Shown here: one piece after another, positions 1 to 12,200 of the stretch | How the letters are laid out: every line of letters begins with the position of its first letter | How positions within the stretch are numbered: the stretch's first letter is position 1 | Assembly: GCA_030141605.1 (NCBI GenBank) | Contig: JAQGDQ010000412.1 | Coordinates: 124,001-188,000 of the forward strand | Direction of reading: 5' to 3' | Length of the DNA: 64,000 nucleotides | From: Tubiluchus corallicola | Lineage: Eukaryota; Animalia; Priapulida | The notes under the pieces: model-generated | Told to the model about the DNA's origin: nothing | Seen by the model: only the letters and a program-made list of their open reading frames with translations | Database searches by the model: none | Program-made: the position numbers and the translations under genes

Positions 1-3
1 CAG

Positions 4-153
4 ATATAAATGAATGCGATGCTACTAATCTAACACATGACTGTGACCCTCAGCTTGCTAATTGCACAAACACTGATGGAAGTTTTTCTTGTCAGTGTAT
101 TGATGGAACAATTGACATGAGTGGGCCAAATGTTACAGGGACTATTTGCTCAG
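4..153 (+). CDS. cbEGF exon type A (open frame, non-canonical GA donor)
   Basis: CAG acceptor at 1-3. Encodes (D)INECDATNLTHDCDPQLANCTNTDGSFSCQC...CS and is followed by GAAAAA instead of GTAAAA. Confidence 0.45.
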
Positions 154-248
154 GAAAAAATGCAGCTAACAGTTAATTTTAAAAGATTAAGCTTCCGTTG
201 CAAATTAAAAACTGATATTTCGAGATAACTGAATGCTGTTTGTTACAG

Positions 249-398
249 ATGTTGATGAATGTGATGCAAATAATCCCATTCATGACTGTGATCCAATCGT
301 TGCTAACTGCACAAATACTGATGGAAGTTTCAGTTGTCAGTGTCCTGAAGGAAGATTAGCTGTGAGTGGACCAAATGGTACAGGAACTATTTGCTCAG
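249..398 (+). CDS. cbEGF exon type B
   Basis: TTACAG acceptor, GTAAAA donor, 150 nt, phase 1-1. DVDEC...CTNTDGSFSCQC matches the calcium-binding EGF consensus. Confidence 0.8.
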
Positions 399-485
399 GT
401 AAAAACTAAACCTACACAGTTAGCTTTAATATAGCTAATCAGTATCTTTTAATTGATGATATACACTGAAAATATTTCCTTACAG

Positions 486-635
486 ATGTTAATGAATGTG
501 ATGCAAATAATCCAATTCACAACTGTGATCTAATCCTTGCCAACTGCACAAATACTGATGGAAGTTACACATGTCAATGTATTGATGGGACAATTGATGT
601 GAGTGGAGCAAATGGCCAAGGAACCAGTTGTTCAG
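486..635 (+). CDS. cbEGF exon type C
   Basis: TTACAG/GTAAAA, 150 nt, phase 1-1; DVNEC...CTNTDGSYTCQC...CS. Confidence 0.8.
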
Positions 636-1215
636 GTAAAAAATAAATGCTTTAAGTTGGCAGTATTTATTAAAACCTGTATACAATTCTGGTACCTACA
701 TGGTAGGATGACGTAACATATGTTTAAGAGAAGTTTTTAAGAAGCTTATTATTGAAATATGTGCAGATATGGACAAAAAATAAGCCCATATTGCAGTTGT
801 TCATGTACTGGGACAAACATTAAAGCATTTAAGAGCTCCATCACTCTGCAGGTTTATTATAAGATTACAGATGATCAAAGGTAAACTTAACAAGCTTTTT
901 AAAAGGTGCTCAATCACAAAATAACGTATTTTATAACAGCTAGGTGGAGCTCATTAACATTTTATAACGTTTGTACCACTAGCCAAAGCCCACCGAAAAT
1001 TTCTCGTTGAATAATCTTGTTGAAATTTTGGTTGATAACATAATCACGTTTTGCAAGTTTATAAAGCTTTCTGTGCCTCTCATAAACTCTGCCAGGTTTT
1101 GATTGACATACGAGCAACAAATTTTGTAAATATGTGATAACTGTAGCTACTTTGTTACGAAAACAATGTCTGTGACAGTTATAATAAATGTTGAGTTTTA
1201 TTTTGTCCAACTTAG

Positions 1216-1365
1216 ATATAAATGAATGCGATGCTACTAATCTAACACATGACTGTGACCCTCAGCTTGCTAATTGCACAAACACTGATGGAAGTTTTTC
1301 TTGTTAGTGTATTGATGGAACAATTGGCATGAGTGGACCAAATGTTACAGGGACTATTTGCTCAG
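1216..1365 (+). pseudogene. Disabled cbEGF exon A (pseudo-exon)
   Basis: In-frame TAG at 1305-1307 (CAG>TAG) and GA donor. Confidence 0.8.
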
Positions 1366-1460
1366 GAAAAAATGCAGCTAACAGTTAATTTTAAAAGATT
1401 AAGCTTCCGTTGGAAATTAAAAACTGGTACTTCAAGATAACTGAATACTGTTTGTTACAG

Positions 1461-1610
1461 ATGTTGATGAATGTGATGCAAATAATCCCATTCATGACTG
1501 TGATCCAATCGTTGCTAACTGCACAAATACTGACGGAAGTTTCAGTTGTCAGTGTCCTGAAGGAAGATTAGCTGTGAGTGGACCAAATGGTACAGGAACT
1601 ATTTGCTCAG
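1461..1610 (+). CDS. cbEGF exon type B
   Basis: AG/GT-bounded 150-nt open exon, near-identical to 249-398. Confidence 0.8.
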
Positions 1611-1697
1611 GTAAAAACTAAACCTACACAGTTAGCTTTAACATAGCTAATTAGTATCTTATAATTGATGATATACACTGAAAATATTTCCTTACAG

Positions 1698-1847
1698 ATG
1701 TTAATGAATGTGATGTAAATAATCCAATTCATAACTGTGATCTAATCCTTGCCAACTGCACAAATACTGATGGAAGTTTCACATGTCAATGTATTGATGG
1801 GACAATTGATGTGAGTGGAGCAAATGGCCAAGGAACCAGTTGTTCAG
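1698..1847 (+). CDS. cbEGF exon type C
   Basis: AG/GT-bounded 150-nt open exon. Confidence 0.8.
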
Positions 1848-2426
1848 GTAAAAAATAAATGCTTTAAGTTGGCAGTATCTATTAAAACCTGTATACAATT
1901 CTGGTACCTACATGGTTGGATGACGTAACGTATGTTTAAGAGAAGTTTTTAAGAAGCTTATTATTGAAATATGTGCAGATATGGACAAAAAATAAGCCCA
2001 TATTGCAGTTGTTCATGTACTGGGACAAACATTAAAGCATTTAAGAACTCCATCATCTGCAGGTTAATTATAAGATTACAGATGATCAAAGGTAAACTTA
2101 ACAAGCTTTTTAAAAGGTGCTCAATCACAAAATAACGTATTTTATAACAGCTAGGTGGAGCTCATTAACATTTTATAACGTTTGTACCACTAGCCAAATC
2201 CCACCGAAAATTTCTCGTTGAATAATCTTGTTGAAATTTTGGTTGATAACATAATCACGTTTTGCAAGTTTATAAAGCTTTCAGTGCCTCTAATAAACTC
2301 TGCCAGGTTTTGGTTGGCATACGAGCAACAAATTTTGTAAATATGTGATAACTGTAGCTACTTTGTTACGAAAACAATGTCTGTGACAGTTATAATAAAT
2401 GTTGAGTTTTATTTTGTTCAACTCAG

Positions 2427-2576
2427 ATATAAATGAATGCGATGCTACTAATCTAACACATGACTGTGACCCTCAGCTTGCTAATTGCACAAACACTGAT
2501 GGAAGTTTTTCTTGTCAATGTATCGATGGGACAATTGATGTGAGTGGAGCAAATGGCCAAGGAACCAGTTGTTCAG
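2427..2576 (+). CDS. Hybrid cbEGF exon (A-type 5' half, C-type 3' half)
   Basis: DINECDATNLTHDC (A) joined to GTIDVSGANGQGTSCS (C); CAG acceptor and canonical GT donor. Confidence 0.8.
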
Positions 2577-3156
2577 GTAAAAAATAAATGCTTTAAGTTG
2601 GCAGTATCTATTAAAATCTGTATACAATTCTGGTACCTACATGGTTGGATGAGGTAATGTATGTTTAAGAGAAGTTTTTAAGAAGCTTATTATTGAAATA
2701 TGTGCAGATATGGACGAAAAATATGCCCATATTGCAGTTGTTCATGTACTGGGACAAACATTAAAGCATTTAAGAGCTCCATCACTCTGCAGGTTAATTA
2801 TAAGATTACATATGATCAAAGGTAAACTTAACAAGCTTTTTAAAAGGTGCTTAATCACAAAATAATGTATTTTATAACAGCTAGGTGTAGCTCATTAACA
2901 TTTTATAACGTTTATACCACTAGCCAGAGCCCACCAAAAATTTCTCGTTGAATAATCTTGTTGAAATTTTTGTTGACAACATAATCACGTTTTGCAAGTT
3001 TATAAAGCTTTCAGTGCCTCTAATAAACTCTGCCAGGTTTTGATTGACATAAGAACAACAAATTTTGTAAACATGTGATAACTGTAGTTATTTTGTGTCA
3101 AAAGCAATGTAAGCGGCATGTGTAATAAATTTTGAATTTTATTTTGTTCAACTTAG

Positions 3157-3304
3157 ATGTAAATGAATGCGATGCTACTAAACCAACACATGACTGTGAC
3201 CCTCAGCTTGCTAGTTGCACAAACACTGATGGAAGTTTTTCTTGTCAGTGTATTGACGGAACAATTGACAAGTGGACCAAATGTTACCGTGACTATTTGC
3301 TCAG
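3157..3304 (+). pseudogene. Disabled cbEGF exon A (frameshift)
   Basis: 148 nt because of a 2-nt deletion (GACATGAGT > GACAAGT); GA donor. Confidence 0.8.
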
Positions 3305-3398
3305 GAAAAATGCAGCTAACAGTTAATTTTAAAAGATTAAGCTTCAGTTGCAAATTAAAAACTGATATTTCGAGATAACTGAATACTGTTTGTTACAG

Positions 3399-3548
3399 AT
3401 GTTGATGAATGTGATGCAAATAATCCCATTCATGACTGTGATCCAATCGTTGCTAACTGCACAAATACTGAAGGAAGTTTCAGTTGTCAGTGTCCTGAAG
3501 GAAGATTAGCTGTGAGTGGACCAAATGGTACAGGAACTATTTGCTCAG
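3399..3548 (+). CDS. cbEGF exon type B
   Basis: AG/GT-bounded 150-nt open exon. Confidence 0.8.
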
Positions 3549-3635
3549 GTAAAAACTAAACCTACACAGTTAGCTTTAACATAGCTAATTAGTATCTTAT
3601 AATTGATGATATACACTGAAAATATTTCCTTACAG

Positions 3636-3785
3636 ATGTTAATGAATGTGATGCAAATAATCCAATTCATAACTGTGATCTAATCCTTGCCAACTGCACA
3701 AATACTGATGGAAGTTTCACATGTCAATGTATTGATGGGACAATTGATGTGAGTGGAGCAAATGGCCAAGGAACCAGTTGTTCAG
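3636..3785 (+). CDS. cbEGF exon type C
   Basis: AG/GT-bounded 150-nt open exon. Confidence 0.8.
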
Positions 3786-4364
3786 GTAAAAAATAAATGC
3801 TTTAAGTTGGCAGTATCAATTAAAACCTGTATACAATTCTGGTACCTACATGGTTGGATGACGTAACATATGTTTAAGAGAAGTTTTTAAGAAGCTTATT
3901 ATAGAAATATGTGCAATATGGACAAAAAATAAGCCCATATTGCAGTTGTTCATGTACTAGGACAAACATTAAAGCATTTAAGAGCTCCATCACTCTGCAG
4001 GTTAATTATAAGATTACAGATGATCAAAGGTAAACTTAACAAGCTTTTTAAAAGGTGCTCAATCACAAAATAATGTATTTTATAACAGCTAGGTGGAGCT
4101 CATTAACATTTTATAACGTTTATACCACTAGCCAAAGCCCACCGAAAATTTCTCGTTGAATAATCTTGTTGAAATTTTGGTTGATAACATAATCACGTTT
4201 TGCAAGTTTATAAAGCTTTCAGTGCCTCTAATAAACTCTGCCAGGTTTTGATTGACATACGAGCAACAAATTTTGTAAATATGTGATAACTGTAGCTACT
4301 TTGTTACGAAAACAATGTCTGTGACAGTTATAATAAATGTTGAGTTTTATTTTGTTCAACTCAG

Positions 4365-4514
4365 ATATAAATGAATGCGATGCTACTAATCTAACACATG
4401 ACTGTGACCCTCAGCTTGCTAATTGCACAAACACTGATGGAAGTTTTTCTTGTCAGTGTATTGATGGAACAATTGACATGAGTGGGCCAAATGTTACAGG
4501 GACTAATTGCTCAG
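4365..4514 (+). CDS. cbEGF exon type A (open frame, GA donor)
   Basis: Matches ORF-track entry 4337-4537; CAG acceptor, GA at the donor position. Confidence 0.45.
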
Positions 4515-4609
4515 GAAAAAATGCAGCTAACAGTTAATTTTAAAAGATTAAGCTTCCGTTGCAAATTAAAAACTGATATTTCGAGATAACTGAATGCTGT
4601 TTGTTACAG

Positions 4610-4759
4610 ATGTTGATGAATGTGATGCAAATAATCCCATTCATGACTGTAATCCAATCGTTGCTAACTGCACAAATACTGATGGAAGTTTCAGTTGTCA
4701 GTGTCCTGAAGGAAGATTAGCTGTGAGTGGACCAAATGGTACAGGAACTATTTGCTCAG
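4610..4759 (+). CDS. cbEGF exon type B
   Basis: AG/GT-bounded 150-nt open exon. Confidence 0.8.
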
Positions 4760-4846
4760 GTAAAAACTAAACCTACACAGTTAGCTTTAACATAGCTAAT
4801 TAGTATCTTATAATTGATGATATACACTGAAAATATTTCCTTACAG

Positions 4847-4996
4847 ATGTTAATGAATGTGATGCAAACAATCCAATTCATAACTGTGATCTAATCCTTG
4901 CCAACTGCACAAATACTGATGGAAGTTTCTCATGTCAATGTATTGATGGGACAATTGATGTGAGTGGAGCAAATAGCCAAGGAACCAGTTGTTCAG
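4847..4996 (+). CDS. cbEGF exon type C
   Basis: AG/GT-bounded 150-nt open exon. Confidence 0.8.
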
Positions 4997-5576
4997 GTAA
5001 AAAATAAATGCTTTAAGTTGGCAGTATCTATTAAAACCTGTATACAGTTATCTTACCTACATGGTTGGATGACGTAACGTATGTTTAAGAGAAGTTTTTA
5101 AGAAGCTTATTATTGAAATATGTGCAGATATGGGCAAAAAATAAGCCCATATTGCAGTTGTTCATGTACTGGGACAAACATTAAAGCATTTAAGAGCTCC
5201 ATCACTCTGCAGGTTTATTATAAGATTACAGATGATCAAAGGTAAACTTAACAAGCTTTTTAAAAGGTGCTCAATCACAAAATAATGTATTTTATAACAG
5301 CTAGGTGGAGCTCATTAACATTTTAAAACGTTTATACCACTAGCCAAAGCCCACTGAAAATTTCTCGTTGAATAATCTTGTTGAAATTTTGGTTGATAAC
5401 ATAATCACGTTTTGCAAGTTTATAAAGCTTTCTGTGCCTCTCATAAACTCTGCCAGGTTTTGATTGACATACGAGCAACAAATTTTGTAAATATGTGATA
5501 ACTGTAGCTACTTTGTTACGAAAACAATGTCTGTGACAGTTATAATAAATGTTGAGTTTTATTTTGTCCAACTTAG

Positions 5577-5726
5577 ATATAAATGAATGCGATGCTACTA
5601 ATCTAACACATGACTGTGACCCTCAGCTTGCTAATTGCACAAACACTGATGGAAGTTTTTCTTGTTAGTGTATTGATGGAACAATTGGCATGAGTGGACC
5701 AAATGTTACAGGGACTATTTGCTCAG
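5577..5726 (+). pseudogene. Disabled cbEGF exon A (pseudo-exon)
   Basis: In-frame TAG at 5666-5668 (same lesion as at 1305) and GA donor. Confidence 0.8.
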
Positions 5727-5821
5727 GAAAAAATGCAGCTAACAGTTAATTTTAAAAGATTAAGCTTCCGTTGGAAATTAAAAACTGGTATTTCGAGATA
5801 ACTGAATACTGTTTGTTACAG

Positions 5822-5937
5822 ATGTTGATGAATGTGATGCAAATAATCCCATTCATGACTGTGATCCAATCGTTGCTAACTGCACAAATACTGACGGAAG
5901 TTTCAGTTGTCAGTGTCCTGAAGGAAGATTAGCTGTG
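5822..5937 (+). CDS. cbEGF exon type B, cut by the assembly gap
   Basis: AG acceptor and B-type sequence up to the N run. Confidence 0.7.
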
Positions 5938-6661
5938 NNNNNNNNNNNNNNNNNNNNNNNNNNNNNNNNNNNNNNNNNNNNNNNNNNNNNNNNNNNNNNN
6001 NNNNNNNNNNNNNNNNNNNNNNNNNNNNNNNNNNNNNNNNNNNNNNNNNNNNNNNNNNNNNNNNNNNNNNNNNNNNNNNNNNNNNNNNNNNNNNNNNNNN
6101 NNNNNNNNNNNNNNNNNNNNNNNNNNNNNNNNNNNNNNNNNNNNNNNNNNNNNNNNNNNNNNNNNNNNNNNNNNNNNNNNNNNNNNNNNNNNNNNNNNNN
6201 NNNNNNNNNNNNNNNNNNNNNNNNNNNNNNNNNNNNNNNNNNNNNNNNNNNNNNNNNNNNNNNNNNNNNNNNNNNNNNNNNNNNNNNNNNNNNNNNNNNN
6301 NNNNNNNNNNNNNNNNNNNNNNNNNNNNNNNNNNNNNNNNNNNNNNNNNNNNNNNNNNNNNNNNNNNNNNNNNNNNNNNNNNNNNNNNNNNNNNNNNNNN
6401 NNNNNNNNNNNNNNNNNNNNNNNNNNNNNNNNNNNNNNNNNNNNNNNNNNNNNNNNNNNNNNNNNNNNNNNNNNNNNNNNNNNNNNNNNNNNNNNNNNNN
6501 NNNNNNNNNNNNNNNNNNNNNNNNNNNNNNNNNNNNNNNNNNNNNNNNNNNNNNNNNNNNNNNNNNNNNNNNNNNNNNNNNNNNNNNNNNNNNNNNNNNN
6601 NNNNNNNNNNNNNNNNNNNNNNNNNNNNNNNNNNNNNNNNNNNNNNNNNNNNNNNNNNNNN
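5938..6661. other. Assembly gap
   Basis: Run of N inside the tandem array, so true copy number is unknown. Confidence 1.
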
Positions 6662-6764
6662 AGAACAACAAATTTTGTAAACATGTGATAACTGTAGTTA
6701 TTTTGTATCAAAAACAATGTAAGCGGCAGTTACATTCGAGATAACTGAATACTGTTTGTTACAG

Positions 6765-6914
6765 ATGTTAATGAATGTGATGCAAATAATCCAATTCATG
6801 ACTGTGATCCAATTCTTGCCAATTGCACAAATACTGACGGAGGTTTTACATGTCAATGTATTGGCGGGACAATTGATGTGAGTGGACCAAATGCTTCAGG
6901 AACACTTTGCTCAG
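6765..6914 (+). CDS. Diverged cbEGF exon
   Basis: TTACAG/GTAAAA, 150 nt; DVNECDANNPIHDCDPILANCTNTDGGFTCQCIGG...CS. Confidence 0.8.
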
Positions 6915-7869
6915 GTAAAAAATAAAAGCTTCAACTTTAAGATGCATCACAACTGATATGTGATATGGGGTGTATATATATATATATTCTACAGCTCTGA
7001 CGGCGACACCATTTTTGAAAGGTTTTTGCATTTTTGCAAAGCTTATACCTTTCATTTCTAGAGACGGGAATAGGGCGGATATGGTGCTTATAATGGTCGG
7101 GCAGCCAGAACAACGGTGGGTGTAGTAGGCATGTTTAGAATTCATGGAAGGGTCACTGCATCTGACTCTGCATTTTTTCGAAATTTTGACTAAACAGCCT
7201 GTAGGAAAAACGTTGGGAAGCTTTTTGAGAAGATAATGAATGGAGCTAGGCGATGATGTGAGTCACAACACAGAACACCTCCTCCAAGAGGAGCTGCGGC
7301 GAGTTGATTGGAGATTCCATTTTTGGCGACCTCGCTTAGAAAACTGCTGACGTTTTGCATTGTTCTGACGTCATTCCATTGTACTTTGCCTAAAACTTTG
7401 GCGCTTTAATTTAGTAAAAGCTGCAGCAGGCTTTGCTTTAGGTAAATAAACGAACACTATGTAGGATGTTTGCGCATTATTCATGATCGATGTGTATTTA
7501 TATACAAATTTTTTGCAGGGCTTTGGCTTCTTAAAATTGATAAGTTTGCTCACCTTTCAGGTGTCGTTGTTTGTATATATATATATATATAATAGCATAT
7601 ATATATAGCAAAAAAAACTTAATTTTAATGTATATATATATATACATTAAAATTAAGTTTTTTTTTGCGTTACAGAAATAAGTATGAATTTACTGAGAAT
7701 TACTGAAATAAGAAATTTTAGGCAAAAACTTTGTAGTTAGTGAATATTGAAGTTGTAAGACCCTTTTGGGACAAACATTTTGATTGACACTAGGAAAATA
7801 GTATACCACACATATCCTTACATTCAAAACTGAATAATTATTACATAATTCTAAAATTTAATTTTTTCA

Positions 7870-8012
7870 CAAATAGTGCAAATTATGCACACAACTGTCA
7901 TTCCATTTTTGCTAACTGTACAAAATATATATTGATGGAAATTTCACTTGTCAGTAGTACATTGATGGGACTGTAGATGTGAATGTAGCAAATGCCGAAG
8001 GAACTAATAGCT
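7870..8012 (+). pseudogene. Decayed cbEGF exon relic
   Basis: Recognisable fragments (gctaactgtacaaa, gatggaaatttcacttgtcag, attgatgggactgtagatgtg) with indels and no intact splice sites. Ends are approximate. Confidence 0.65.
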
Positions 8013-8127
8013 AAAAATACAGCTAAACAGTTACAGTATTTAAATAGTAAGTTATGTATAAAACAGATTTCAAAATAGCTGAACTGCCGTTTGCAATTTT
8101 CAAAACTTAAAAAATTACATTTTGCAG

Positions 8128-8277
8128 ATGTGAATGAATGTGATGCTAGTAACCCAACTCATGACTGTGATCTAATGATTGCCAGATGCACAAATACTGA
8201 TGGAAGTTTTACTTGTCAGTGCATTGGAGAAGCAGTTCGTGTGACTGAATCAAATACTACAAGAACTATTTGCTCAG
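8128..8277 (+). CDS. Diverged cbEGF exon
   Basis: TTTGCAG/GTAATG, 150 nt; DVNECDASNPTHDCDLMIARCTNTDGSFTCQC...CS. Confidence 0.8.
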
Positions 8278-8584
8278 GTAATGCTTAGATTACATACTGG
8301 TCCTACGCGAATGTTACAATGTATTTACAATATTTTAAAACTATGTCTTTAAATAAAAAGTAAATTAATAAACGTTTGCATTATAGTTGAAGATGAATTT
8401 GATAATAATTTAAACTATTTTTTTTATTTTTAGTTAAATGCGACATTTTATAACTACATGTATTTGATCGTTAACGAATGTCCGCACTTAACTTCAAGAA
8501 GGTTGTTAAAAGATTTGAAAATTGTCTAGACTTTCCTTCTATTGACTTGGTATTGTTAGCAACTATTGACTAGACTAACATCTA

Positions 8585-8830
8585 GCTGTGTTATTACTGC
8601 ATTCTCTGTAGAAAGTGCTTCCAGAAATTAATCATTCTAGTTTTGTGATCTGACTTTGTGAGAAGGTAAGTGATTTAACTGTGTTATTACTGCATTCTCT
8701 GTAGAGAGTGCTCGCAAGAAATTATTCATTCTAGTTTTGTCATCTGACTTTTTGAGAAGGTAAGTGATCTAACTGTGTTATTACTGCATTCTCTGTAGAG
8801 AGTGCTAACAGAAATCATTTATACCAGTTT
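8585..8830. repeat. ~94-bp tandem repeat, about 2.5 copies
   Basis: ctgtgttattactgcattctctgtag recurs at about 8586, 8679 and 8773. Confidence 0.8.
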
Positions 8831-9292
8831 TGTTATTATTTTCTATTTCACCAGTTTTAACCATTTCCTCTACCTGTTACCTTTGATTGGTGTTTGGAAC
8901 GTGTGAGAGTGTCTGAACGTATGTGTATAAATGCGCTTTATTTCTGATAGTGTGTTCACCAGGGCCTATGCGTTTGCAAGCATGTGTGTGTATTCAAACG
9001 TGGTAATATCACATAGGTGGCTCTGACTAATTATGTTGTTGTGTACTACTGGTATGAACTCGACTTCAGACCAGCTTTGTCATGTTCAGTTAAATATTAA
9101 TAAATATATTTTCGCTTATAAATCTTTGTATTATGATTGCTTAATGTTTGTAAGTATGTTTAGCTGTTCTCAGTTTGCATTGTATGTATTTCAGTTTGTT
9201 GACGACATTAAAGATGCTCTTTACAACACAACGTTTGTGACATGTTTTTAGCATTTTATATTTTTAAAGTTTCTTAATGTGTGTATGGATGT

Positions 9293-12200
9293 TGTGCCGG
9301 ACAGTGCTGCCCTCTGAGGCAGTTACCCCAACTTGATATATTGGGGTTGGTCACATGTAATTTCTAAAACTTGTGTCTTGGTGAGTTAATTAAATTGTTT
9401 CCTGCAGTCTGCTGTTGAAATTGGTGTTTAATATCGATTTGCTGTTACAGTTCTCTATTGGTGCTCTAATGTTTGGGCAAGGATGTGAGTTACTTTTATT
9501 TAATTAAATAATTGTTGCAGTTTTGATTAGCAACTGGAATTAACTGTATATGTGAAATGTGTTGCATTGTAATGGCTGGTTATTACTGTGTAATGTTACT
9601 TTATGTAATTTATTTGTGTGGTACTCATATTGAAGCAGTTCATTAACTTATTTATAAACAGTTTTTATTATTCGGTTGTGAGAACGTGAACTAGGCAGTT
9701 AATTTACTTAAGTAATCACAACATTGATAATTGTATTAACTAAAATTAAGCTGGAATTTTATATTAAAGTCTTTGCAAATGTACCTTTTCACAAAATATG
9801 CAACAATTTATTTATTTACATTTATATATTTTTAACAGAATAAACAACTGATGTACACACTTATGTCTGCACTTGATGTTTGGATTGGAGTGTTTGAGCA
9901 TTCTTGGTCATTCTTGATGAAACGGGTCGCGCATGATACATTATTACCGTACGCAAGCAGTTAGAAGCTTCTGGATCAACTAGTCCTGTTTGCTGTCAAT
10001 GGACTCTTGCATGTAGCCTGAATACTGCGTGTAGCATGTAGCCTTGTCAAGCAAAAGCTACGTAAGCAGCTATGTATATATTGTTATTGTATTTTTATTT
10101 TGTATTGTAATTTGTTAGTTGTGGTTGTAATGACTAATGCATCTATAGTGGCGGTATTTATAAAAATTGTAAAGGCCATGTTTTTAAGCCAGTTGTTTAA
10201 AGGCCTTTGACTTAACTTGCACTAAACCAGAAGGAAGTTTTTGTACTGCTTTCTGACAAACTGGTTTTTGACAAAATTAAAGTAGTTAAATTAGTGCTTA
10301 AATGCATGTAAGCTACAGACCTAAGTACGCTGCTGTTGCTGGAATATTGGCCAAGTCATAACTGTACATCTACATGATTTTGCCTGGGGCTCTGTGTGTA
10401 AAAAAGACTCAGTTTGTTTACTGTAGACTATTTTCATACCTCCCTAACATGTACCCGCTTTTTACAATTTTTTATGTTGTTTCAGTTTTGAAGCTCATTA
10501 ATTTATCTTGGCTGAAGAAAAGCAGCTCAGTGGCTTGATGAAGAGTGTGGCATGGATGTACTGATTGAATGAAATTTTGGTCAGCAAAGTGAGGACATCT
10601 GATCTGGCAGTACCATCAGGAGGCTTGACTGTGAGTGAAATGAGGCAAGCTGAATTTAGTATTGTGAAGTACGTTCAGTTGAAGCATTTTTTGGAAGATA
10701 AGGCTGGTCTTGACTCAGAGTCTGATGTGGACAAAAGGAGGACAAAGGAGTGTGTTGCATAAACTGGATCCAATTGTTTTGAGTGGAGCGATTTGTGTAG
10801 GCGGTCGTCTCAAATATTCACAATTGTCTGATGATGCTAATCATCCAATGATACTGCCTAAGAAGTATCATGTTGTGTCACTTATCATTCAGCATTATCA
10901 TGAAAGAACATGGCACTCGGGTAGAGAGTACGTACTTTCTAAGATTCGAGAGTGACTTTGGATTGTGAATGCCAGACTTGCAATACAAGGAGTGTTGTAT
11001 AGATGCATAAAGGGCAGAATTCGTGATGCTGCTCCTTTAACTCAAATGTTGGCTGACTTGCTACAGATAGGGTTACTCCTGGAACAGTTCCATTCATGAA
11101 AGTCGAAGTTGATTGCCTTGGACTCTCTATGGCTAAGAGAAGTCGGACATTGGTGACGAGGTATTGATGCGTCTTTTTTGTTTGCTGACTAGAGCCGTCA
11201 ACATCGAAGTTCTTCACTCATTAGACGCGGGTAGTTTCATATTTGCTTTATTCAGGTTTATAAGTAGACGTGGCATACCTGAAATGATCAGGTCTAATAA
11301 CGGGACCAATTTTGCTGGTTCAAACGAGTAATTGAGGACAGCTATCAAAGTATGGAATCAAAGCAGAATTGAGGATGTGCTGTGCCAGAAAAATGTGCAA
11401 TGGGTATTTAATACTCCTGCGTCATCAAATCATGGTGGGGTGTGGGAGAGAATGATTGGTTTTATCAGGAGAATGTTATCTTCTGTGGCTATGGAACAAA
11501 GCTTGGATGTTGAAGGTTTGGCCACACCGATGTGCAATGTTGAAGCTGTCATCAACGGGCGTCCTATCACTGTGGTATCAGATGATCCCAAAGACATGGA
11601 ACCTCTTACGCCAAACCATTTATTGTTGCTGAGATCTGTAGCTACACTTCCACCTGGATTATTTGATGGATATGATCTGTATAGGACACGATGGAGACAA
11701 GTCCAGTTTCTAATCTGTTCAGTTATCTGATCTGTTTTGGAAGCATTGTCTATGGGAATATTTGCCGCTGCTTCAGAAGCCTCAGAAATATAATAAGGCA
11801 TCAGATAACCTGGAAGTTGATGACTTGGCTTTGGCAGTTGATAGTAATCTGTCATGGAATCAGCGGTGTTTAGGAAGGGTTTGTGAGGTTTTTACCCCGG
11901 GCTTGATGGTTTGGTTGGGTCAGTACAGGTTAAAACTTCAAATGCTGTTGTTAAGAGGCTAATACAAAAAAAATATGTTTATTGGAAAAATTGGACAAGT
12001 TTTAAGATAAACTACTTTTGTTAGGAGTATTTTGTGGGGGGGGGGAGTGAGGGGTAATGTGTTGGACAGTGCTGCCCTCTCAAGCCAACAGGCAGTTGCC
12101 TTAACTTACCTGTCAGGTGATTTCATTTTTAGTGACTTTAGGCACCTGGCTTTGTGAAATGCTGCAGACACTTTGCCATGATATGTTGGTTCTGATCACA

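Larger units (their letters stand above)
4..5937 (+). repeat. Tandem array of ~1.21-kb exon+intron units (exon types A-B-C) of an EGF-repeat gene, with a 4361-bp higher-order repeat
   Basis: Units start at 4, 1216, 2427 (short unit, 730 bp), 3157, 4365 and 5577, and their introns are near-identical. Unit 5 shares diagnostic variants with unit 1, and unit 6 with unit 2 (offset 4361). Confidence 0.95.

Noticed and set aside
5910-6744. Long ORFs of X residues
   Set aside because: Artefact of the N gap.
8434-8453. Possible terminal exon (V)KCDIL* of the EGF gene after a TTTTTAG acceptor
   Set aside because: Too short to distinguish from chance without transcripts.
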